Assembly (NCBI GenBank): GCA_036395835.1
Contig: DASWCW010000273.1
Coordinates: 2,571 to 66,570, forward strand
DNA: 64,000 nucleotides
Origin: Xanthobacteraceae bacterium
GTDB taxonomy: Bacteria > Pseudomonadota > Alphaproteobacteria > Rhizobiales > Xanthobacteraceae
Direction of reading: 5' to 3'
Of the stretch, positions 18,861-27,582 are shown piece after piece. The position numbers and the translations under genes are program-made. Numbering within the stretch: the stretch's first letter is position 1; each line of letters begins with the position of its first letter. The notes beneath the pieces were generated by a model. It saw only the letters and a program-made list of their open reading frames with translations. It was not told where the DNA came from and did not search any database.

Positions 18861-19883
18861 ATGGAGAGATCTCGCGCATTCGCGCCACTGGTCGTGCTCG
18901 CGGTTTGCATCGCGCCGGGTTCGATCGCTCGCGGCGAGGAATTCCGGATCGCGGAAGTGCGCTCGCTCGGCGCGGATGCGTCTGCGCTCCAGCCGCGCAC
19001 CATTGCGTTCGCCGACCACCACGACGAGCCGCTGGCCGATCCCGCTACCGGGCTGATCCGGTTCGAAGACTGGGCGCGGGCGATGCCCATCCAGAAACAA
19101 TTTCTGAGTCTCTACCCTAGCTTCATCGAGCCGATGGTCGATCTCACCGAGAACGGGATCACCAAACCCTACAAGGAAAAGCTGCACATGTATGTGGCCG
19201 AGGCCCGTTTCGCCTTGTCCAAGCCTGCGGCATCGATCAATCTCGCTCGTTACGTCACGATTGCGTTCCTCGAGCGCATGGATCCCAAGATCACGCATCG
19301 GACGATCGCGGCCGCCGATATCGATCCGGCCGCGCAACGCAATCCGGATCGGGAGTGGTGCGAGGCCAAGCCTCGCGTGCTGTGCATCGAGTCGCGCTAC
19401 GAGCTCGAGGGCAAGCTGCCTTCCGGTATCCGCGTCGCCAATCAGCTCGTGGATAAAAAAAAGAAAATCGACGATTTCCTGCGGTTCCAGAGCGAGCTGC
19501 GTCTGCTCTCGCCCGCGGAGCTCGATCAGCCGGGGTTGGGGAAGCTCACCGGCATCGGCGCGCCGATCGTCGGCGCGATCGAGCAGAATATTTTTTTCGT
19601 CAATCAGGTCATGCAGTTCGGCAAGTTTTTGGCCTTGCTGCAACCGGATGCGACGGATGCGAGCAAGACCATAGTGAGTGCCTTCATCGCGCTCGCGATC
19701 AAGACCAGAGTGATCGAGAACAAGAACAAATATGCGAACGTGCCGGTGCTTCGCAATCTGGTTCCCGGGCAGGTCCTGCTCGGCAAGAGCTCGTTCAACA
19801 CCGGCAATTCGCTGAGCGCCGGACTGCCGAGCTATGCCCGCAACGAGATCAAGTCCGTCGCGGGCATTCTCGATCAGGAATAG
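18861..19883 (+). CDS. hypothetical secreted protein, coupled to the PBP gene
   Basis: The ATG at 18861 lies 13 nt after the PBP stop, with GGGAGGG RBS. MERSRAFAPLVVLAVCIAPGSIARG is a signal peptide. 340 aa with no family I recognise; GC is locally lower (a Lys run, KKKK). Confidence 0.6.
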   Translation: MERSRAFAPLVVLAVCIAPGSIARGEEFRIAEVRSLGADASALQPRTIAFADHHDEPLADPATGLIRFEDWARAMPIQKQFLSLYPSFIEPMVDLTENGITKPYKEKLHMYVAEARFALSKPAASINLARYVTIAFLERMDPKITHRTIAAADIDPAAQRNPDREWCEAKPRVLCIESRYELEGKLPSGIRVANQLVDKKKKIDDFLRFQSELRLLSPAELDQPGLGKLTGIGAPIVGAIEQNIFFVNQVMQFGKFLALLQPDATDASKTIVSAFIALAIKTRVIENKNKYANVPVLRNLVPGQVLLGKSSFNTGNSLSAGLPSYARNEIKSVAGILDQE

Positions 19884-20035
19884 GCTTCGGCATCAGCCGG
19901 TGCTCCGGGCGAGCGCGCCCGCGTTAACCATCTCGTTCACGAACACTGCGGACGCGCTTCAACTCGCTCACAACTTGCGGCATATTGGCCATAGATGCGG
20001 CGAATGGCCTCGCCGACGCGTAGTGTCGTTCTCCC

Positions 20036-20527
20036 ATGCGCCGCCTCCTGCTCGTTCTCGCATTTGCGTGCATCGCCACGGGCAGCGCTCGCGCGAACCT
20101 GGTCGTCACCATCGACAAATCGCAGCAGCGCATGTCCGTCAGAGTCGACGGCGAGGATCGATACAAGTGGCCGATATCCACGGCGCGCGCCGGATACGTC
20201 ACGCCGAACGGGACCTACCATCCCGAGTTCCTGGCGCGCCGATGGTTCTCGCACAAATACTACGGCTCGCCGATGCCCCACGCGATCTTCTTCCACGAGG
20301 GCTTCGCCATCCACGGCAGCTATGAGACTTCCCGGCTGGGCCGTGCGGCGTCGCATGGCTGTGTGCGGCTGCATCCGGAGCACGCGGCGGTGCTGTTCTC
20401 GCTGGTGCAGAAGGAGGGGACCACCAACACCGAGATCGTCGTCACCGGCGCCAATCCGGTCGGGCGGCCTTCGGGACCCTCGCGCCGGCAGTTCTATTTC
20501 TACCGCAGCTTCTCCGGCCGCATCTGA
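20036..20527 (+). CDS. L,D-transpeptidase (YkuD domain)
   Basis: 163 aa. Signal peptide MRRLLLVLAFACIATGSARA and catalytic motif IHGSYETSRLGRAASHGCVRL. Confidence 0.9.
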   Translation: MRRLLLVLAFACIATGSARANLVVTIDKSQQRMSVRVDGEDRYKWPISTARAGYVTPNGTYHPEFLARRWFSHKYYGSPMPHAIFFHEGFAIHGSYETSRLGRAASHGCVRLHPEHAAVLFSLVQKEGTTNTEIVVTGANPVGRPSGPSRRQFYFYRSFSGRI

Positions 20528-20540
20528 TCGCCTATCGTCT

Positions 20541-23318
20541 TCAGCGCGAGGCCGCGCAAGAAGCGGGCACCGCATGCAACACGGCGAACGGCATGGTCGC
20601 GAATAGATCCACGACGGGGATTTCGCTGTCGGGAAAGCTTCGCCCCGGGACGAGCAGGTCCGTCATCGAGCCGAGGCCGTCCGACACCAGGGAAGCGCGC
20701 CAGGCAGCGCCGCGGGGCCATTCGCGCCCGCCGTCGGTGAAGCGGCTAAACTGGCGGCCGACCGCAACGATCACCGCCTCGCGCCCCCGAGACCGCGCGA
20801 ACGCCAGCACGTGGTCGCGGTGCTCTCCTGCAACCCGCACCGGCGCATGATCGCCGTTGCGGAATAGCGATGCGTACGCGGTGCGCAACGCGAGCAGCCG
20901 GCTCGTCAGCGCCAGCTTGATCCTTCCGTCTTCCCACGAGGCCTGCAGCGCCCGCCAATCCTGTTCGGCGGCAAGTCCCGCGAGCGCCGCCTGTCGGATG
21001 CCGAAAGCGACGGGGCGGCGATTGTCGGGATCGACGAGCGAAAGATCCCAAAACTCGCTGCCCTGATAGAAGTCCGGAACGCCCGGAACCGTCGCCTTGA
21101 TCGTGAGCTGCGCCAGGCCATTGAGCGCGCCGAGCAGCGCCACGCGATGGGCGAAAGCATGGAAGGATTCGAGAAAGGCCGCCGATTGCTTGGGGTCGAG
21201 GATGTCGCCGACGAACGCCGTCAGGCCGCGCTCGTAAGCCTGGTCAGGATCGAGCCAGCTCGTCTCGAGCTTGCTCTCGCGCGCGGCCTTCACCGCATAG
21301 GCCTGCATGCGCTCGACGAAGCCTGCATCCGGTGCCGTAGGCGGCCAGGCGCCGAGCAGCGCCTGATAGAGCAGATATTGGTGACCTGGCGAGGGGATCG
21401 GCTTTCCCTTTGTGCGATCGACGAAACGGCCGTTGGCGTCGCTCCATGCCTTCACCTGCTCGATCCATTCGTCGGCCAGCTCCGAGAGCGCCAACAATCG
21501 CGCGCGCGCATCCTCACCGCGCTTGGTGTCGTGCGTGGCAGTTGCCGTCATGCCGAATGCAGAAGCGCCCGCCCGCGCCGTCATGCGCCGATGAAATTCC
21601 GCGATGCCCAGCGCCGGTGCCGCTGGATCGCCGCCGACTTCGTTGCAGGCGAGGAGCCGCAGGTAGCGATAGCACGCGGTGTCTTCCAGCGACTTCGCCA
21701 TCAAGGGCCCGGTGAACTGTTGGACTCTGGTGGCAAACTCACGGACACGTGTTCGGCTGTAACCGGCGCGTTTCGGCGCAATCAGATCGAGCGTGAGCGC
21801 TGCCTGCAGAAAATCGAGTATCGGCTGGAGGCCGGGCCTGCACGCCCTTGCCCGGCTGATGGCTTGCGCGATGGTCGCCCGATCGGCGGGCGAAGCGCCT
21901 TCGGCGCCGACGTAGGTCCGATAGACCGGGAAGTGCAGCAAATACAGCCGCAGCGCTTGCCCGAGCGCCGCGTGGGTGAAATCGCGACTCTGCCAATGCC
22001 CCGCGGCGATCCTCACCAGCAGACGCACGAGCATGTCGAGATCTCCCGCGAACAGGGCTTCGAGCACGGCGCGCTTCGATTGCAGCAGGATTTCGGAGAA
22101 ATCCGCATCATTGCCCGGTATCTGCCGGCGATACCGCTCGAGTGCCTCCAATCCGCGCGCATCGACCAATAGCCGCGCGATCGCGTTCAGCCATTCGTAT
22201 CCGGTCGTGCCGGCCACGCCGGCAAGTTCGGGCATCGGTTCGCCCTCTCCGAGGATCTTCTCCACGATCACATAAAACGGCGGCTCCGCGGCCCCGCGTG
22301 CTTCCCGGATGAGATGCTGGAGCGATCGACAGTACTCGATCGGATCGGCGAGGCCGTCGATGTGGTCGATTCTGAGCCCGTGCAGCCGGCCCTCGCCGAC
22401 GAGCCGGGAGACCAAGCCATGTACGGCCGCAAACGTGCCGGGATTCTCGACCCGAAGCCCCGCGAGATCGTTGATATCGAAAAAGCGTCGATAGTTGATC
22501 TCGCTCGCGGCGACGCGCCAATGGGCGACACGATAGTGCTGCCGCTCCAGCAGGCGATGCAGCGCGCGAACCCGCGCACGAGGCCCAAGCTTGGGACGAT
22601 AGGCTTCGAGGCCGCTCGCAATGAGACGCGCCGCTTCCTTCGAGCTTGCGAGTGCGCCTTTGAGCGCCGCGGCGTCCTCGCGCGTGCGCGCCCGATGCGC
22701 TCGGGCAAGCTCGAGCAGCCGGCGCCCCGCCGTGGTGTGTTGCGCTCCGGCGGCGGCAACGACGGCGCGGATCAGGTGCGGATACACATCCGGCCGGATC
22801 GGCAGCCGGTGCGGATCGTACCAGGCGGAGAAAGTCCCGTCCGTTTCCGCGAATTTCAGCACGATCTCGCCGGCTTCGAGCGCTTCGCCGTAGGGCCTAC
22901 CCAGAATCGGCAGCAGCAGCCGGCCGCGGCTCGATGGTGCATCCCAGTCGATATCGAACGAGCCGGCGTGAGGCGAGCCGTCCCCCCATTCGAGCACGTC
23001 GAGCCACCAGGCATTGTCCGCGCCGCCGATGCCGACGTGATTGGGCACGAAATCGAGGATCAAGCCTAGATCGGCACGCGCGAGGGCTTGCGACAATCTG
23101 GCGAACGCCGCTTCGCCGCCGAATTCCGGATTAAGCGCATTGTGGTCGACGATGTCGTAGCCGTGCGCGCTTCCGGGGCGCGCCTTCAGAAAAGGTGAGG
23201 CATAGAGATGGCTGACCCCGAGCGCCGCGAGATAAGGCACAAGATCCGCCGCGGCGTCGAAGCCGAAGCCGGCGGAAAGCTGCAGCCGATAGGTCGCAAT
23301 CGGAACATCGGGCGGCAT
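20541..23318 (-). CDS. treY: malto-oligosyltrehalose synthase
   Basis: Start MPPDVPIATYRLQLSAGFGFDAAADLVPYLAALGVSHLYASPFLKARPGSAHGYDIVDH is the canonical TreY N-terminus. The ATG at 23318 overlaps the treZ stop (TGATG). The upstream 580 codons of ORF 20541-25064 are an out-of-frame shadow over treZ. Confidence 0.9.
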   Translation of the reverse strand: MPPDVPIATYRLQLSAGFGFDAAADLVPYLAALGVSHLYASPFLKARPGSAHGYDIVDHNALNPEFGGEAAFARLSQALARADLGLILDFVPNHVGIGGADNAWWLDVLEWGDGSPHAGSFDIDWDAPSSRGRLLLPILGRPYGEALEAGEIVLKFAETDGTFSAWYDPHRLPIRPDVYPHLIRAVVAAAGAQHTTAGRRLLELARAHRARTREDAAALKGALASSKEAARLIASGLEAYRPKLGPRARVRALHRLLERQHYRVAHWRVAASEINYRRFFDINDLAGLRVENPGTFAAVHGLVSRLVGEGRLHGLRIDHIDGLADPIEYCRSLQHLIREARGAAEPPFYVIVEKILGEGEPMPELAGVAGTTGYEWLNAIARLLVDARGLEALERYRRQIPGNDADFSEILLQSKRAVLEALFAGDLDMLVRLLVRIAAGHWQSRDFTHAALGQALRLYLLHFPVYRTYVGAEGASPADRATIAQAISRARACRPGLQPILDFLQAALTLDLIAPKRAGYSRTRVREFATRVQQFTGPLMAKSLEDTACYRYLRLLACNEVGGDPAAPALGIAEFHRRMTARAGASAFGMTATATHDTKRGEDARARLLALSELADEWIEQVKAWSDANGRFVDRTKGKPIPSPGHQYLLYQALLGAWPPTAPDAGFVERMQAYAVKAARESKLETSWLDPDQAYERGLTAFVGDILDPKQSAAFLESFHAFAHRVALLGALNGLAQLTIKATVPGVPDFYQGSEFWDLSLVDPDNRRPVAFGIRQAALAGLAAEQDWRALQASWEDGRIKLALTSRLLALRTAYASLFRNGDHAPVRVAGEHRDHVLAFARSRGREAVIVAVGRQFSRFTDGGREWPRGAAWRASLVSDGLGSMTDLLVPGRSFPDSEIPVVDLFATMPFAVLHAVPASCAASR

Positions 23319-25087
23319 CACGCGATGCTCCAGAACACCGACCACGGCGGCAGTTCCGGCGGCGGCGCTCCGCCCCAGATGGGCTGCCCGTGAACGGCCT
23401 CCGCCGGGCGGCTGCGCGGCGGCTCGCCGAGATTGGCAACGAGCGCGAGTCGGCTGCCGTCGCCGAGCCGCCAATATGCAACGACGACGCCGTCGCGCCA
23501 CTCCGCGCACGCATCGTTGCGCTCCAGGTTTTGCAGCCGCGGTGTAATGTGCTGCCGGCGCAGTTCGAGCAAACGCCGGACGAGCGCGAAGCGTTCTTTG
23601 TGCGGCGATCGATCGAGTGCACTCCAATCGAGCACGGCGGAGCGAAACGTCCGTTCCGCGATCGGATCCGGCAGAGCCCGCTCGCACGGGTCCGAATAGG
23701 CCGCCGCGAACTCGGTTTTGCGACCGCGCCGCACCGCGTCGGCAAGCTCGCCGCCGAAATCGCAGAAGAACGCAAACGGCTGCGTCGCGCCCCATTCCTG
23801 GCCCATGAACAGCAGAGGCGGCATCGGCGCGAGCAGCATGATTTGCAGCGCCGCCTCGATCGCCGACCCAGATGCAAGCACGCAGAGGCGTTCTCCGAGC
23901 GGCCGGTTTCCGATCTGGTCGTGGTTCTGCAGAAAGCTGATGAACGCGGAGGGCGGCAGCCCGGTGCTCGGTTCGCCGCGGCGGGCGCCGTTGCGGTGCG
24001 CCGAGGGCTCGCCCTGGTAGGCGAATCCGGTCGACAGAATCCGGGCGAGCCGCGCTCCGGGCGCATCCCGGTAATCGCGATAATATCCCGCGTGCTCGCC
24101 GGTCAGCAGCACGTGCCAGGCATGGTGATAATCGTCGTTCCATTGCGCCCGATACTTGCCTTGCGGCGGGTCGGCGAGCGGGTCGAGCAGACTCGCGCGA
24201 TTGTCGTCGTTCTCCAGGATGAGATGAATGCTGCGACCGGTCTCGGCGGCGAACGCGCCGACCGCCCGGCTCAGCTCGGCGAGGATCGGCGGCTCGCCTT
24301 GCTCGACGATGGCGTGCACCGCATCGAGTCGCAGGCCATCGAAACGGTAATCGCGCAACCATGCCAGCGCATTTTCGATGGCGAAGCGCCGCACCTGCGG
24401 CACGTTGTAATCGATGGCCTTGCCCCAAGGCGTGCCATGCGCGTTCGTGAAGAACGCCGGCGCATAACGGCCGAGGTAATTTCCTTCCGGCCCGAAGTGA
24501 TTGTAGACGACGTCGAGGAACACCATGAGCTCGCGCTCGTGCGCCGCATCGATGAGCGCTCGCAGATCCTCGGGGCGGCCGTAGGCGCTGTCCGGCGCGA
24601 ACGGCAGCACGCCGTCGTAACCCCAGTTCCACCGTCCGGCGAAATCCGCGATCGGCATCAGCTCGATCGCGGTGATGCCGGTGGCGGCGAGGTGATCGAG
24701 CCTCTCGATTGCTCCCCGAAACGTGCCTGCCGGCGTGAACGCTCCGACGTGCAGCTCGAGAATGGCCGCCTCCGGCCACGGCCGCCCGCGCCATTCCGGC
24801 GCGCCCCAGGCGTAATGCGGATCGACTACTTCGCTCGGTCCACGCACATCCTCCGGCTGAAAGCGCGAGGCGGGATCCGGGACGATAAGGTCGCCATCGA
24901 TCCGGAAGCGATAGCGAGTACCCGGTCCCGCCTCTCGAATAATGGTCTCGAACCAGCCCCGCGTTTGCGCCCGCATGGAATGAAGATCGTCGAGCACGAG
25001 ATCGACGCGTTTGGCGGCCGGAGCCCACAACCGGAATGTCACGCCGCCTTGCGGGTTGATCCACGGTCCGAAACTTGCCGCGGTCAT
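23318..25087 (-). CDS. treZ: malto-oligosyltrehalose trehalohydrolase
   Basis: MTAASFGPWINPQGGVTFRLWAPAAKRVDLV..., GH13 motifs ELMPIADFAGRWNWGYDGV and FLDVVYNHFGPEGNY. The ATG at 25087 forms an ATGA overlap with the glgX stop. Confidence 0.9.
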   Translation of the reverse strand: MTAASFGPWINPQGGVTFRLWAPAAKRVDLVLDDLHSMRAQTRGWFETIIREAGPGTRYRFRIDGDLIVPDPASRFQPEDVRGPSEVVDPHYAWGAPEWRGRPWPEAAILELHVGAFTPAGTFRGAIERLDHLAATGITAIELMPIADFAGRWNWGYDGVLPFAPDSAYGRPEDLRALIDAAHERELMVFLDVVYNHFGPEGNYLGRYAPAFFTNAHGTPWGKAIDYNVPQVRRFAIENALAWLRDYRFDGLRLDAVHAIVEQGEPPILAELSRAVGAFAAETGRSIHLILENDDNRASLLDPLADPPQGKYRAQWNDDYHHAWHVLLTGEHAGYYRDYRDAPGARLARILSTGFAYQGEPSAHRNGARRGEPSTGLPPSAFISFLQNHDQIGNRPLGERLCVLASGSAIEAALQIMLLAPMPPLLFMGQEWGATQPFAFFCDFGGELADAVRRGRKTEFAAAYSDPCERALPDPIAERTFRSAVLDWSALDRSPHKERFALVRRLLELRRQHITPRLQNLERNDACAEWRDGVVVAYWRLGDGSRLALVANLGEPPRSRPAEAVHGQPIWGGAPPPELPPWSVFWSIA

Positions 25088-27162
25088 TCCGCTCCCTCGA
25101 ACACCAGGACCGAGCGCGGCGGCGCTTCGCAGTGAGATCCGACCCGATATTCGGCGCCTGCGGCTTTCTTCGAGCCCGTCACGGTGGCGAGGAGATGGAA
25201 CCAACGGCTGCACCGCGGCCAGGCCGGCAGAACGAAGTCGATCGGCTGCTCCGCCGCGTTGAGCACGATGAAGAGCGGGGTGCCTTGGTCGCCGGGCGGA
25301 CCGAGCACATAGGAGAGATAGCGCGCCTCCGGAAACACCCAGTCGCGATCCGTCATCTCGGTCGCGCGCGGGGTCAGCCAGAGCACATCGTGGGGGCCGT
25401 CCTGGCGACGGCCGATCAACCAGTGCCGCGGTCTGAGTTGCGCAAATTTCCGGCGCAGGTCCGTAAGCCGGCCGATCAGCTCGGTGAGATCGTCCCCCGG
25501 CCGGCCTAGGCCCGACCAGTCGACCCAGCCGATCTCATTGTCCTGACAGAACGCGTTGTTGTTCCCGCTCTGGCTGTTGCCGACCTCGTCGCCGGCGAGC
25601 AGCAGCGGCACCCCCTGAGCCAACAACAATGAGGCGAGCAGATTGCGCCGCAGCGTGCGACGAAGCTCGAGCACCTTGGGGTCATCCGTCGGCCCTTCCA
25701 CCCCGCAATTGGTACTCCAATTCTCGTCGGAGCCGTCGTGATTGTCCTGGCCATTGGCGTCGTTGTGTTTCTTCGAATAGCTCACCAGATCGGCCAGAGT
25801 GAATCCATCGTGCACCGTCACGTGATCGATGCTGGCGCGCGGCGCGCGGCCGCGGCGGCGAAACAGATCGGAGGAGCCCGTCATGCGCGTGCTCAGATCG
25901 CCGATCAGGTCTCCCTCTCCACGCCAACAGCGACGCAGCGTGCGCCGGAACACGTCGTTCCATTCCGACCATTGGGCGGGAAAATTTCCGACCTGATACC
26001 CGCCGGGTCCGAGGTCCCAGGGTTCGGCAATCAGTTTCACTCCGGCCAGCATCGGATCCTGGCAAACGGCGGCAAAGAATGCGCTGTGCGCTTCGAATCC
26101 GTTCGGACCGCGGCCGAGCGTGGTGGCAAGGTCGAAACGAAATCCGTCGACGTGACACACCTCGACCCAATATCGCAGCGAGTCCATCACCACCTGCTGG
26201 ACGCGCGGATGGCGCAAATTGAGCGCGTTGCCTGTTCCGGTGAAATTCTCGTAAAAACGCGGCCTGTCGGCCGTCAGCCAATAATAGGAAAGATTGTCGA
26301 TGCCGCGGAACGACAGCGTCGGGCCCAGATGATTGCCCTCCGCGGTGTGGTTGTAGACGACGTCGAGGATAATTTCGATCCCGGCGTCGTGCAGGCGCGC
26401 CACGGTGGAGCGGAACTCGTCGAGCGCATTGTCGACGGCGTAGCGCGGCTCGGGCGCGAAAAACGCCAGCGTGTTGTAGCCCCAGTAGTTGCGCAGGCCG
26501 CGCTCGACCAGCAGCCGTTCGTCGACGAAGGCGTGGATCGGCAGAAGCTCGAGCGTGGTCACGCCGAGTCGTTTGAGGTGATCGATCACGGCCGGCGCGG
26601 CGAGCCCGTAAAAGAACCCGCGCCACCCGGGCGGCACGTCCTCGCGCAATTGCGTGAGTCCCTTGACGTGCGCCTCGTAGACGATGGTGTCCTCCCAGGC
26701 GATCCGCGGACCCGCTCCCGCTCTCCAGGTAAAGGCCTCGTCGATCACCACGGATTTCGGCATACCGCGGGCATTGTCGCGGCGGTCGTAGGAAAGATCG
26801 GCTCGCGCGCTGCCGGTGCGATAGCCGAAATGCGCATCGCTCCATACCAGCCGGCCGGCGAGGCGCTTGGCGTAAGGATCGACCAGCAGCTTGTTCGGAT
26901 TGAACCTGTGGCCGCGCTCGGGCTCATAAGGTCCGTGGACGCGATAGCCATAGAGCTGCCCCGGAACCACATCGGGGACGTAACCGTGCCAAACGTCCTC
27001 GCTGCGCTCGGGCAGGGCGAAGCGCTCGAGCTCGCGCCGGCCCTGCCGATCGAACAGGCACAGCTCGACCTTCTCCGCATGCTCCGAGAACAGCGCGAAA
27101 TTGGTGCCCCGTCCGTCCCACGTCGCTCCCAATGGATGCGGGCTTCCGGCCTCCACCCGCAT
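25084..27162 (-). CDS. glgX: glycogen debranching enzyme
   Basis: Start MRVEAGSPHPLGATWDGRGTNFALFS at 27162 has GGAGGG 6 nt upstream. GH13 motifs YWGYNTLAFFAPEPRY and ILDVVYNHTAEGN. Confidence 0.92.
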   Translation of the reverse strand: MRVEAGSPHPLGATWDGRGTNFALFSEHAEKVELCLFDRQGRRELERFALPERSEDVWHGYVPDVVPGQLYGYRVHGPYEPERGHRFNPNKLLVDPYAKRLAGRLVWSDAHFGYRTGSARADLSYDRRDNARGMPKSVVIDEAFTWRAGAGPRIAWEDTIVYEAHVKGLTQLREDVPPGWRGFFYGLAAPAVIDHLKRLGVTTLELLPIHAFVDERLLVERGLRNYWGYNTLAFFAPEPRYAVDNALDEFRSTVARLHDAGIEIILDVVYNHTAEGNHLGPTLSFRGIDNLSYYWLTADRPRFYENFTGTGNALNLRHPRVQQVVMDSLRYWVEVCHVDGFRFDLATTLGRGPNGFEAHSAFFAAVCQDPMLAGVKLIAEPWDLGPGGYQVGNFPAQWSEWNDVFRRTLRRCWRGEGDLIGDLSTRMTGSSDLFRRRGRAPRASIDHVTVHDGFTLADLVSYSKKHNDANGQDNHDGSDENWSTNCGVEGPTDDPKVLELRRTLRRNLLASLLLAQGVPLLLAGDEVGNSQSGNNNAFCQDNEIGWVDWSGLGRPGDDLTELIGRLTDLRRKFAQLRPRHWLIGRRQDGPHDVLWLTPRATEMTDRDWVFPEARYLSYVLGPPGDQGTPLFIVLNAAEQPIDFVLPAWPRCSRWFHLLATVTGSKKAAGAEYRVGSHCEAPPRSVLVFEGAE

Positions 27163-27270
27163 GCTAGCCCTCCGGAACCGAAACCACGATCGGAATTTCT
27201 CTATGTATGTCCAGATGGTTAGCCTATTTTGCGGGGAGACTTCGGGACTCTGAGTGCCGATTTGATTCCC

Positions 27271-27296
27271 AACGTCTAGCCTCGGCCACCTGTTCC
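27271..27296 (-). promoter_or_regulatory. EcfG/general-stress-type promoter motif GGAAC-N17-CGTT upstream of glgX-treZ-treY
   Basis: The plus strand reads AACG 27271-27274, 17 nt, GTTCC 27292-27296. It lies inside the lower-GC glgB/glgX spacer, 109 nt upstream of the glgX ATG. Confidence 0.6.
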
Positions 27297-27582
27297 AACC
27301 CGTCGGCAACCTCCTCCGTTAACACACGCGCATATACCGGGTCGTTGTCTTGTTGTCCCTTTGTCTTGATGCGCCAGCAGGAATCGGCGGAATGATGCAT
27401 GTGACAATCCGATGGCGGCCAGTTAATCCGAAGATCACTCGGGTTCGATTTTAGTGAACCACTCGGCCCTTTCCAGCGTCCGGCTCAGTGTTGCCTTATC
27501 GTCCTTGGGTCTGATTTCAATCGTAGTTTGGCTTGCGAATTGCCAATAATCTTCGCCGCATGGCTGTCGATAAGCCAAACGC

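Noticed and set aside
20541-25064. 1507-aa ORF suggesting a giant fused TreY protein
   Set aside because: Only the C-terminal 925 codons, from MPPDVPIATYRLQL at 23318, look like TreY. The upstream 580 codons are Arg/Ala/Gly/Pro-rich and lie out of frame over the well-supported treZ gene (23318-25087). This is a typical high-GC open-frame artefact.
27163-27309. TTG start at 27309, which would extend glgX by 49 residues
   Set aside because: The extension (MPTGWNRWPRLDVGNQIGTQ...) lies in the low-GC spacer and is not GlgX-like. It would also place the stress promoter motif inside the coding region. The ATG at 27162 gives the canonical MRVEAGSPHPLGATWDG start with a GGAGGG RBS.
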